DNA of 64,000 nt, taken from Octopus vulgaris (Eukaryota). The notes below the pieces were generated by a model. It had not been told where the DNA came from and ran no database searches. It saw only the letters and a list, made by a program, of their open reading frames with translations. Position numbers and translations under genes: made by a program. How positions within the stretch are numbered: position 1 is the first letter of the stretch; every line of letters begins with the position of its first letter. Shown here one piece after another: positions 40,706 to 53,078 of the stretch. Where the stretch lies: the NCBI GenBank assembly GCA_951406725.2, contig OX597826.1, positions 70,804,001-70,868,000 on the forward strand, read 5' to 3'.

Positions 40706-41264
40706 CATCATCATCATTATTATCATTACTATCAACAGTTGCGTCCGGAATCGTAACTCTAAGTTTTTACGTTGCCCATTATTCAAATTGTTGATGTATG
40801 TGAGCAGTGTAGCAATATCTAAAAAGAAAAAAAAATATTCGTAATCACATCGAAGTATGGTTAGTCATCGAGACATGAATGGTTATTTAAAACTATTCCA
40901 ATATGCTTCTGACATTCTTTTATCAAGTTGTCGTATGTAAGGTTAGTGATATGTTCATCCGTATACATGCAAGAACACGACATAGTTCCTTATCTTCTGT
41001 ATAATCTGTAAACCACACGAAAGCAAAAATAGAGCTATGGTTAATGAATTATTAATGTTGGCGATTAATCAAATGCTTTTGATCTTTTTCTTTCGTCATG
41101 GGACAATCATTCAAGATATGGCAAATACATTACGTAGGAAAACATCTATTTTAATTTGCTGATAGTTGGAAATTCTTCGATGGAAATGCTTGTAAGAAAT
41201 AACTCCCTGCCTAAAAGAAAATCAGCAAAAGATTGCACTTGTTTAACGTCGCTTACACCATAAA

Positions 41265-41657
41265 TCTTTCTATATATAAAGCTGAAGTTGTCTGTGTATG
41301 GCAGTTTTGGTAGCCTTCAACTAACACTATCTCCTCCGAGACCCTGCGGCGCAAGTTCGCCAAAATTGAAAGTATGATAGAAAAAGTCTCGCTCTTCCTT
41401 CTGCAAAAGAAAAAAATTAAATCGGACCATGTTAACACCAAACATTATTTACAGCAAAAAGGTGCTTTTTTTCTATGAAAATCCCTATTTTTTTACGACT
41501 TTTTGACTGCTGTGTCACCATTTTTCAGTGTTTTTCAACCAGAAAAATGTTCACTTAAAGAGAATAACAAGCTACATAATGCAAACTTTTTACTTTTCAA
41601 AAATTCCAATTCTAAAGGGTTGAAACAAACCCGAGCAACGCCGGGCGATACTGCTAG
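41265..41657 (+). mobile_element. Complete non-autonomous Helitron (~393 bp)
   Basis: Sits between A and T; 5' TC..TATATATAAA; subterminal hairpin CCCGAGCAACGCCGGG; 3' CTAG; no TSD. Confidence 0.9.
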
Positions 41658-42169
41658 TAACATTTAAAGATTATAATGGTAATTTGCTAGCTCCAAATTT
41701 ATATTTATAAATTGGGGGCAAACTTGAAATAGTTAAGGTCAGTAAAATATTTTCGATTCTATCACATTTTTACATTTAGCTTGTCACTTTCTTTACATTA
41801 CTGAATAATTGCTTATCATTATCAAATAGCTCGGTAGTATATATAATGAGCAATTTTGAAAATTAAGAAAATGGGATATAGTAGAGTTGTATCCTTCAAT
41901 TTCAACATCGAAAACAAAAATATTAGAAATCTGTAGAGATATTATCCAATCAATAAATAATTAAGGCATTAACATTATTTTGCTTGTGAGGAATTCTTTG
42001 CTATTTTACAATAATTCTGTCTTAATTTGGAATATTTTGATGCAGTGATGGGATCGTATGATGGAAACGAGGCTTCTGAATTGATTGTTATTGTACAAAC
42101 ATGAACTATGTTAATATAAATTCTGACTACTCTCCAATAATCTTCAAAACTATGTTAGTAGAGAGATGA

Positions 42170-42580
42170 AGGAGACGAGCTGGCAGAATCGTTAGCAAGC
42201 CGGGCGAAATGAGTAGCCGTATTTCGTCTGCCGTTACATTCTGAGTTCAAATTCCGCCGAGGTCAACTTTGCCTTTCATCCTTTCGAGGTCGATAAATTA
42301 AGTACCAGTTACGCACTGGGGGCGATGTAATCGACTTAATATCTTTGTCTGTCCTTGTTTGTCCACTCTATGTTTCGCCCCTTGTGGGTGGTAAAGAAAT
42401 AGATATTTCGTCCGCCGCTGCGTTCTGAGTTCAAATTCCGCCGAGGTCGACTTTGCCTTTCAACCTTTCAAGGTCGATAAATTAAGTACCAGTTACGCAC
42501 TGGGGTCGATGTAATCCGTTTGTCTGCCCTTGTTTGTCCCCTCTATGTTTAACCCCTCGTGGCTAATAAAAGAAATAAGA
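42170..42580 (+). mobile_element. SINE family B dimer, both units ending in the Tx1-like tail
   Basis: Homologous to 31101-31505. Confidence 0.92.
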
Positions 42581-42921
42581 AACTGGTTTGTTTACCGAGT
42601 AGTGGAGCAGAGTGCGACTTAGATGTGGTTTATTTACAATGGTGGTGGTGGTGGTGGTGGTGGTGGTGGTAGGGGGTGTTATTGTAGTTATCGTTTAATC
42701 CTCGGATTCGCTCGGATCCAGTCGAATCATGATTTAAAATGTTCCACTTATGACCATACTACCATATATTCAAATATAGTATATTCGTACAGTATTTTTT
42801 TAAATATCGATTTAGCTGCTATTTCCAGCTCTTCAAGCGACCACTTGAAAGCTCACTTGTATTTGTTGCTTTGTTGTGTTTGTCGTTGTTGCTGCTGTTA
42901 TTGTTGTTGCTGTGAAGCAAG

Positions 42922-43104
42922 AAGACGAGTAAGGGTGATTAGGTGATGGTCTAGGGCTTAGGGGCGGGAGAACCCAGACCTTGGAAAAAATCTTTGGTCA
43001 TCTTGTTGTAGTCGAGGGCTCTTCGTTGACGCCCGACACCACTGGGAGGTGGCCCCTCGAAGTCGCTGGAAATGGAGATCTCCAGGTTCAAATTCTTGAA
43101 CGGC
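42922..43104 (-). mobile_element. Dispersed repeat, probable retroelement 3' end (copy 2) in GTT/GCT repeats
   Basis: Minus frame PFKNLNLEISISSDFEGPPPSGVGRQRRALDYNKMTKDFFQGLGSPAPKP* then ~30 nt and a CAA-rich run. Confidence 0.65.
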
Positions 43105-43980
43105 TGCTGCTGTTATTGCTTCTGCTTGTGTTGTTGTCTTTGGTTTCTAGGTGTTACCGTTTAAGTAGATCTACGATGAAGGGGATTCTAAACATGACCA
43201 TCCAGTCTTTTTAGGTGTGCGTATGATTACATTATTCAGTATATCACTTCATTTACTAAGGTGACAGTGACTAATTTGTAGGACATTTATTTGCTATTAC
43301 CAGCTCATCGAGTGACCACATAAAGGCACATCTGTTAGCCTGTATTGTGTCATTTATGTGACAGATTGTTTATCGTGAAAATGAAGATGTTGTTATAGTT
43401 GTAGTTGTTGGTGCTGTTGTTGTTATTGTTTTTGATTGTTTTTGATGTTTGGTACATGAGTGCCTTGACCGACCAATCTTATGATCAAAAGACCTTGAAG
43501 TCTTAATCACTGGGTTCGATATTTTCAGGCATAGTGTCCCTAGCGCAACATTATATAATGTATCCTTTCTATTTCAACACAATGGGATATAACTTAAAGC
43601 AGATTTGGCTGCTATTTCTAACAGGTCGTTCGATCACAGAAGCACTTCTGTTGTTTATCTGATTGGTTGTTTATAGGTTTATTTGACTGCCTCGGTTTAC
43701 AAAAAAAGCAAGCTATCGGTAAATAAGCGTCCATTGATCGTCAATAGAGTAACGCAAAATCGCAGGTTTAACTATGAAACTCAGTCAAGCTAAAAACCGC
43801 AAAAGTGAAGCGATGGCCACGGTGGTAAGTGAATAGAGAAGGCCGTGGATACAGAGAAGGTAAATCGACTTGTATCGATTATCTATTGGAACAATCAGAC
43901 CTCCTCATACAACACTACTAAAACATTAAACACAAACATTCACACACCCATATTTTACACGAAACCACAACCACAACATA

Positions 43981-43994
43981 ATGATAAATAATAA

Positions 43995-44062
<68 letters not shown>

Positions 44063-44337
44063 TCAACGAAAATAATAATGATAAAAATGATAATAATAAT
44101 ATCAACGAAAATAATAATGATAAAAATAATAATAATAATATCAACGAAAATAATAATAATAATATCAACGAAAATAATAATAATGAAAATAATAATAATA
44201 ATATCAAGGACAACAATGATTATAAAAATAATAATAATTATATCAACAACGATGATGACGACGATGATGATGATGGTGATGATGACGACGATGATGATGA
44301 TGACGACGATGATGATGATGACGATGATGATGATAAC
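43981..44337. repeat. (AAT)n array with ATCAACGAA interruptions, then (GAT/GAC)n
   Basis: Seen directly. Confidence 0.95.
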
Positions 44338-44602
44338 AGGCAGCAATAAAACAAATATACGAGTTCGAAAAAAGATACTCACAAAGGCTACGCACTATAG
44401 AGTTTATTTATTTATTTGTTTATTTCTATTTTATTATAATAATAATAATAAATATCCTTTATCTAAACCATGTTATTTAATAATGTTTGTTCTTAATCCT
44501 GTTTATCCTCAGTTTTGTTTTGTTTTTACTTCGAGAACATTCGCCATTTTAAATACATCCATCCATACATACACATACATAGATACGCATATATAAATAT
44601 AT

Positions 44603-44652
<50 letters not shown>

Positions 44653-45207
44653 GCACACACATACATACATACATACATACATACATACATACATACATAC
44701 ATACATACATACACAAACATACAGACGCACAAACACACCAACACACTAGACATGCATACATACATACGCAGTGCGAAAAGGGAAATAAACAAAATGAAGG
44801 TGACATACAGTCTTATTGCATATTCAGACTCAATGAATATAAAAAGAGAAGCTTTGCTTTACTTGAAATTTTTTTCTTTTTTTCCTTTCGTTCTATTCGA
44901 TTGCAATACACATCATAATGCAAAACAAATAGAAAACATAATTACTGTAGATCGTTGGTGTTAGACAGTAGTAGTAGTAGTAGTAGTCGAACTAGTAGTA
45001 GTAGTAAGAGGAGGAGGAGGAGGAGGAGGAGGAGGAGGAGGAGAAAGGGAGGAGGGGGAATGAAGCAAGTGAGCAAAATAAAGGAGCAATCAACGGAGGG
45101 AGAAAAATGCTTTCAATCGATTCGATTTAACCTGCATGATAGACTTTGGCACCTATACAACAGACATTGAATTCCTGGTGGAAATACAAACACACACGCA
45201 CGTATGT

Positions 45208-45209
<2 letters not shown>

Positions 45210-45251
<42 letters not shown>

Positions 45252-45290
45252 AACACACATGTATATATAGAAACATATATATATATATAT

Positions 45291-45321
<31 letters not shown>

Positions 45322-45339
45322 CACAAATATACATGTATC

Positions 45340-45386
<47 letters not shown>

Positions 45387-45473
45387 GTATATATATATGT
45401 ATATATATATGTATACATATATGTATATATATATGTATATATATATGTGTATATATATGTATATATATGTATT

Positions 45474-45526
<53 letters not shown>

Positions 45527-45531
45527 GTATA

Positions 45532-45616
<85 letters not shown>

Positions 45617-45620
45617 CATA
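45210..45620. repeat. Long (TA)n/(TATG)-variant microsatellite
   Basis: Seen directly. Confidence 0.97.
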
Positions 45621-45931
45621 AATGTATGTATGTAGTTTGCAAACATGAATAAACACTTGGGGGTATACGTGTGTACGTATGCGTGGATATAACAATTACA
45701 ACGGATGAAAATGACATCACCCAAAAGCACAAAACGTGTGTTATCTTAACATTTTCTTAATTTCTTAACAATGCAATTGAGAAGAGATTACTCTATAAAT
45801 AAATAAATAAAAGGTAAATTCAAGGGGTTAAATGAATTTTCGCGTCACGCATGTGTATATGTTTCAAAATACATCTATTTTTTATATAAGTGTGTATGTA
45901 CAAATTGGTCAAATTGATATTGTGTCTTCGC

Positions 45932-45962
<31 letters not shown>

Positions 45963-45965
45963 TGG

Positions 45966-46303
45966 TTTTGCTATCAAGATGTAGGACAAGATACTGTGAT
46001 AGCCTGGGCTTCAGAGGCCCACAGCTCTTCAATATCCTCCCGAAGAACCTGAGAGACCTGCATGGGGTGGATGCAGATGTCTTTAAAATAAAACTGGATC
46101 TCTTCCTGTCAGGTGTCCCAGATGAACCAACTTCACGGCAGGAGGTGCAGATGAGGGCAGCTGCATCGAACTCTCTCATGCACCAAATGGCAATTGCTAA
46201 AAAGCATTCGTGCAGTAAAATCATGTAGCAACACCAAATGGCGGTGCCCCAGCATGGCCACAGCTCTTGAGCTGAAACTAGATAAAATAAAAAATAAAAT
46301 AAA
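45966..46303 (+). mobile_element. CR1/L2-group LINE 3' end (ORF2 C-terminus, 3' UTR, (TAAAA)n tail)
   Basis: SRCRTRYCDSLGFRGPQLFNILPKNLRDLHGVDADVFKIKLDLFLSGVPDEP..NSL; stop at 46226-46228; tail GGCGGTGCCCCAGCATGGCCACAGC..GCTGAAACTAGA. Confidence 0.9.
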
Positions 46304-46419
46304 TATATGTATGTGTGCGTATAATTATTCTGTGATTTTATTATGAATTTCAGCCAGAGGCTTGTTTATTTTAGATTCATTTCCCAGTCTTGTCTCCGGA
46401 ACTGGTCTTGTGAAGTAAT

Positions 46420-46530
46420 GAGCGTCTTTTTGCCGACATGTGGGTTCATATGGTGTATCAGATAAATATTCGTCTAGTAGTTCTTTGAACACATCTACAT
46501 CTACACCTCGTAGATCACTGAGGCCTTTTG
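46420..46530 (-). mobile_element. Older fragment of the same LINE group, opposite orientation
   Basis: LSDLRGVDVDVFKELLDEYLSDTPYEPT aligns with LRDLHGVDADVFKIKLDLFLSGVPDEPT. Confidence 0.8.
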
Positions 46531-46835
46531 TAATGTACACACACACACATACACACACACATATATACACAAAGAGACTTAAGTACACATATACAAGTAT
46601 GGGAAGAGAGAGAATACAAAAGACAGAAAGAGTAAAGACAGTGTAAGTGCTTAAGAAGTTCACACTTCGCAACCACGTGCATTCTGATAGAGTTCCACGT
46701 TATCATAGAGTCCACCAATGCATTGTGTTTGAACTTGAAAGCCGAAACTGTGCGGAAGCTTGTATATATATCTTTGATCGACTAAACCCCAGCATGGTCG
46801 CAGTCTTATGACTGAAATAAGTAAAAGAATACAAG

Positions 46836-46892
<57 letters not shown>

Positions 46893-46962
46893 GCGCACAG
46901 ACAGATAAATAGATAGAGAGACAGATAAACAGGCAGGCAGACAGACAGACAGGCAGACAGAC

Positions 46963-46997
<35 letters not shown>

Positions 46998-47008
46998 TAT
47001 ATATATAT

Positions 47009-47107
<99 letters not shown>

Positions 47108-47533
47108 TGCTTCTTTATTAGCCACACAGGGGTGAGCACAGAGGGGACAAATTCCAAAATAGAGCTTTTCTTTTGGGGGAGAAAAAAATAAAACGTGGAG
47201 GTAGGTTTTCGTAAAAAAGAAAAAAAAACGATCAATAGGGATCGTGTATCACAGAAATGTCATGATGTAAAGTGTAAAGGGGAAGCAGATAAGATTTATC
47301 CGTGGAAAGAAAAGCCTACGGAAAAGACCACGGTAACCTCGGTCAATAATGTCACATGTTAACACATTTATTTGCAAGTAAGTAACTCTGTTTTAAATTT
47401 TTCCGGCTTCATAGAATTATGCTCAAGGTGGCTTCGTCATTCATACGTGCCATCTTTGCTATATTCACCCATCTTTTTTTTGAAATATTCGCTAGACAAG
47501 ACTTGCCTCTCTACTCTCACTTTCCTTTTCAAA
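47108..47533 (-). mobile_element. Tx1/L1-like LINE 3' end embedded in (GATA)n
   Basis: LKRKVRVERQVLSSEYFKKRWVNIAKMARMNDEATLSIIL* (homologous to the C-terminus at 49620-49760), 3' UTR ending ..GTGGCTAATAAAGAAG; GATA/GACA arrays on both flanks. Confidence 0.88.
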
Positions 47534-47551
47534 GACAGACAGATAGATAGG

Positions 47552-47598
<47 letters not shown>

Positions 47599-47822
47599 TC
47601 AGACAGATAGACAGAGAAGGGGAGAGAGATATGTTGCATTTATATCATATACACTAAGTGACACCAAAGAATAAAAACATGAAACCCAATAATACACTTC
47701 AAATGTAAAGTGTTGATAATTTTTTCTACAGAATAAAGATTGTACGCATTCCAGTGAATGACAGTTCCATCATTGGTTACTTAAACATTGCGTATATGTT
47801 TGAATGCATACATGCATACATA

Positions 47823-47880
<58 letters not shown>

Positions 47881-47933
47881 CATACATATATACACACAAA
47901 TACATATATATATATACACACACATACATGCAT

Positions 47934-47964
<31 letters not shown>

Positions 47965-48457
47965 CATACATATATATATAAGTTTATGTGTGTATTTATA
48001 TATATTTATATTTATGTGTGTGTATTTATATATCTTTACATTTAAATGCATATATATATGTGTGTGTTGTGTGTGTATGTGTGTACACACATACACACAC
48101 ACATACAAACACATGCACATACAATACATATACTGTGCTGTTGTCCACTCTCTATTCACAATTAGAGTGTCTAAGACAGTTGGATCAGAATCGCTCCCCG
48201 ATCGATAGAGCTTCGCATGCCGGGCGACAAATTTAAATAGAAAAAAACATCGATCGAACAAGATCGTACATCAACGTTGTTTTTGTTGTTTGTCGTGTGT
48301 AGTCAAAGGTCAAAACTGATCCAGCGGACCTAATTGTGGAAGAATCGACGACCAATCTGTCTTCTATTCTTATGTTTATTTGGTTCTATCCTATGCAAAA
48401 TGTTCTTCGTTCTTTAAAGAGATTAATGTGTAATTTTACGGTGATTTGGTTACTTAC

Positions 48458-48538
48458 AGTTTGTAGCGACATGTTCGAGCGGACAGTTAGACGCTCCTTT
48501 GTAAACCTTGTATAACAATATAATCTTGTTTTGATATA
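48458..48538 (-). other. Candidate 81-nt exon
   Basis: Acceptor (att)n-tttcAG and donor GTAAGT; two open frames (YQNKIILLYKVYKGASNCPLEHVATN or YIKTRLYCYTRFTKERLTVRSNMSLQT); protein not recognised. Confidence 0.3.
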
Positions 48539-48541
48539 CTG

Positions 48542-48542
48542 A

Positions 48543-48612
<70 letters not shown>

Positions 48613-49048
48613 GGAAGAAGAAGAAAGAAGAGAAGGAGGAAGGAGAGAAGAAGAAGAAGAAGAAGAAGAAGAAGAAGAAGGAAGGAGAGAAGAAGAAGAA
48701 GAAGAAGGAAGGAGAGAAGAAGAAGAAGAAGAAGAAGAAGAAGAAGAAGGAAGAAGAGAAGAAGAAGGAAGAAGAAGAAGAAGAAGAAGAAGGAAGGGGA
48801 GAAGAAGAAGAAGAAGAAGAAGAAGAAGAAGAAGAAGAAGAAGAAGAAGAAGAAGAAGAAGAAGAAGAAGGAAGAAGAAGAAGAAGAAGAAGAAGAAGAA
48901 GAAGAAGAAGGAAGGAGAAGAAGAAGAAGAAGAAGAAGAAGAAGAAGAAGAAGAAGAAGAAGAAGAAGAAGAAGAAGAAGGAGAAGAAGAAGAAGAAGAA
49001 GAAGAAGAAGAAGAAGAAGAAGAAGAAGAAGACCAACAACAACAACAG
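48542..49048. repeat. (AAT)n followed by a ~420 bp (GAA)n polypurine tract
   Basis: Seen directly. Confidence 0.98.
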
Positions 49049-49250
49049 CATCCCATTCTACTATAAGCTCAAGGCCCGAAATGTTAGTGAGGAGTGGAGT
49101 AGTCGACTCCAGTCTTTCACTGGTTCCTCATTTACCGACTCCGAAGGATGAAAGGCAAAAAGTCAACCTCGCAGAACGTAAAGACGAGAGAGATGCCGCT
49201 AACGATTCTGCGAGTTAGCCGCCTTAATAATAATAATGATAATAATAATA

Positions 49251-49293
<43 letters not shown>

Positions 49294-49329
49294 TGAGGAG
49301 GAGGAGGAGGATTTCATTTGATAATGATA

Positions 49330-50715
49330 ATGCTACAAGGATGAAGGATAAGGGGATGAATACAAAGATAGACATAAAGTGTGGAGGTTTACGTATAATG
49401 AAATGATAAAGAAAAAGGAAGTATACATGGTATACAATGAAAAAAAGGGACATATACAACATACAAAGTTTAAAAAAAGGAGACGGGGAGAATGATAGAG
49501 GTGTGGCCTTCTTGATACAGGAAGACCTCTAGGGATAATCCAGGAACCCCTCTGTCCGAGATTTCCCTGAACACAAAAAGCAATTGCCCCCTCCAATTCC
49601 TTCTCTTTGGCTAACAGGTCTATATTGAGAGAGTACCATCCACTCTTGTCTTCTTCGCAACTTTCATCCACCTTTCAATAAACTCACTGTTTATTATAAT
49701 ATTACTCTGATTAATAGGGCAGCACTCCCTCGCCACTCTTAGTTTCCTTTTCAAGAGAAACTTGAAGAAGTCAATGAGAGCTCTACTAAAAAGGAATGTG
49801 TCTGTTCCCAAGCCTTCCAGCCTTGTCCACCAAACCTCTTTCGCCACAGTCACTTTACCTGCCGATTGAAGGAGGGCAGCGGTGCGATCATCACTACAGA
49901 CTCAGACAACAGACGGATCCAACCCACACGTGACAGCAACTGTTCGACATAACCTCACAGGTCAGTAATACCCTTACACTGAATGAGTGCGTGCAGAGCG
50001 GTTTCGTCACTCTACGTGCACCTCGGACAAACTTGTCGGACAGCACATCCGTACCTATAGAGATTATCCTGAATCGGTAGCGCCCCCGCCCCCGGTAGCA
50101 CCACCGCCAGGCCAGGGATATCTGGAATTATCCCGATAGTTCCGAATGGAAGTCCTCCGGAAAAGACTAGTCAGTTCGTTTTCGTCGGCGCCCAGAGTCT
50201 CCCCGAAAACGTTTTCGCACTTACCCACCAATAATCCTCTGTAAATTTATAAAGCAGAACATCCACCGATCCCTTTGCCCGACTTGTAGAATGCTGAGAG
50301 CACTTGACGACATTCTGGGTACTAGGCGCCCAGTCTTGGTCTTTTCTTCACCCAGGGGGCTGCAACTCTGCCAAGGAGACGACCAGCGGAATGATGATGA
50401 TAATAATAATAATAATAATAATAATCATTATTTTTTATCATTATTATTATTATTATTGTTATCATTATTATTGGAAGTCCTCCGGAAAAGACTAGTCAGT
50501 TCGTTTTCGTCGGCGCCCAGAGTCTCCCCGAGAACGTTTTCGCACTTACCCTCCACTAATCCTCTATAAATTTATAAAGCAGAACATCCACCGATCCCAT
50601 TGCCCAACTGGTAGAATGCTGAGAGCACCTGACGACATTCTGGGTGCTAGACACCCAGTTTTGGTCTTTTCTTCACCCAGGGGGCTGCAACTCTGTCAAG
50701 GAGACGACCAGCGGA
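49330..50715 (-). mobile_element. Tx1/L1-like LINE 3' part with its 5'-most ~243 bp duplicated in tandem
   Basis: ..GETLGADENELTSLF..LAWR..ALPIQDNLYRYG..VCPRCT*SDETALHALIQC..YVEQLLSR..VAKEVWWTRLEG..FFKFLLKRKLRV..RWMKVAK (zf-RVT-like CCHC); 50147-50390 repeated at 50472-50715. Confidence 0.9.
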
Positions 50716-50760
50716 ATAATAATAATAGTAATAATTATAATAATAATAATAATAATAATA

Positions 50761-50802
<42 letters not shown>

Positions 50803-51301
50803 GTTACTTCAATGTAAAATATTTTATAGATACACCACCACCACCACTATACCACCACCGTTTGCTCACGTCGCTGTGTTTTAACTCAATCCACTCGGCG
50901 GCCATTTTCTGCTTTTGTTTACAGACTTCCTAAAATAACATTTATGCAAGTGCCACAAAAATGACAACTACATTGAAAGCGGATAATTTTTATGGGTTTT
51001 TTTTTTCCTTTCTTTGAAATGACCTAAAAGTCTGCGAGAGTTCAGAGAATATAAATGTCTGTTGCAGAAATAGAAACGCTATATTTATAGTCTAAAGACA
51101 AGTCTAAACATAGAAATGAAAAATTATTCCTTCAGATCGAATTGGTGTTGATGTCGTCTAGTTTCTCCGATAGCAAAAGGGGTTAAATGGGGTTTGGCTT
51201 CATATCATGAAACAAATGACACACACATACACATACACACACATACGCACGCACGCGCGCACACACACACACACACACTATATATATATGCATGTGCGCG
51301 C

Positions 51302-51402
<101 letters not shown>

Positions 51403-51557
51403 TAGATATAAAGATATACATATACACACACAAGTATATATATAATATATAGACATAAATATATGTTGCTATGCATGGAACAGCGACGTAAAAGTGGCAA
51501 CAAACATTTATACATACATACAGACAGACAGACATACATACATACATATATATATAT

Positions 51558-51628
<71 letters not shown>

Positions 51629-51783
51629 TGTGTGTGTGTGTGTGTGTGTGTATGTCGGTATATAAACTCTGAGTAACAGCTTTTGTTATATTTCTGCTGC
51701 TTTTAAATAAAGCATATTACTCTACCTCTGGTATTTGAGTACTCTTTTTTTTCCACCTTGTTTCACATTTATGTGCTTACTCT

Positions 51784-51832
<49 letters not shown>

Positions 51833-52165
51833 CATACGTGATATATACGTGAATATATATACGTATGTGTGTGTGTGTGTGCGTGTATGTGTGTGTGTGT
51901 AGCTGTGAGGGAAAGAGACAGAGACGGACAGTCAGAGAGATATAGAAAGATCTATGGAGAGATATTCCTTCTACAGATTTTTCTTTTCATTGTCTATAAA
52001 CCGTCCTTAATTCATTGAAATGCTAATCTCATTCTGGACTTTTTAATCAGAATTACATTTAGAACAACTCGTATGACAGATTTGTAATTCAGCTAACCGT
52101 CTAATCGGCACGTTTAATGGAACCCCCCTCTATGAGAGGACCAAGACTCCGTTCTGAGGTTAAAT

Positions 52166-53046
52166 GTCTTGGGCAAATGTCTTCTGCTTTAGCCTCGAGC
52201 CGACCAAAGATTTGTGAATAGATTTGGTAGACGGAAACTGAATGTATGTATGTATGTATGTATGTATGTATGTATGTATGTATGTATGTATGTATGTATG
52301 TATGTATTTATATATGTATGTATGTATGTATGTTTATGTTTATGTCAGATCACTTTCGAGTGCTACTAGTAACATGTAACCCAGTACAACCTGTTGCATG
52401 GTCGGGTCGTCGGCGACTAAACCGGCAACCCTACCAAGCTTACTTGGTGAAGAGGGTGTCTATTGGACACCCTACGGGATGAAAAACAAAACCCGTCAAA
52501 GGGCGGAGGAACTCTTGAGAGTCAACGGTCATCCAATAAATATCTTAAGGCTGTATCATGCGCGGGGACATAGAAATAATCGGACTGAATACCCGTTCGC
52601 GCGGTTAAGCCATTGGGAGTGAAGGACTCCTAGCCTTTGTTAGGGCATCCCTCTACGAGAAGGTAACTCAGGTAACTGGGATAACTCCGACATGAAGCCT
52701 GTGGCTCAGTGGTTACGGATGATGTTGACTTGTTCTTCTTTTTGGATTATGGCTGCTGTTGCTTAGTGAGTGGGATTGACTCGGTGTACAGCCTTTCCTC
52801 ACTTTAAAAAAATCTTCTTGCACAGGCATTGCACGATAACAACATTGATTAAGCTTCGCGCAATTGCCATACTCGATAATGAGGGGGCAGCCACCATGTA
52901 TGTATGTATGCATGTATGTATGTATGTATGTATGTATGTATGTATGTACGTATGTATGTATGTATGTATGTATGTACATATGTACGTATGTACGTATGTA
53001 TGTGTGTATGTACATATGTACGTATGTACGTATGTATGTATGTATG

Positions 53047-53078
<32 letters not shown>

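Noticed and set aside
44060-44250. Regularly spaced ATCAACGAA motifs resembling a repeat-spacer array
   Set aside because: The spacers are just (AAT)n; a higher-order microsatellite with no cas genes, in a eukaryotic context.
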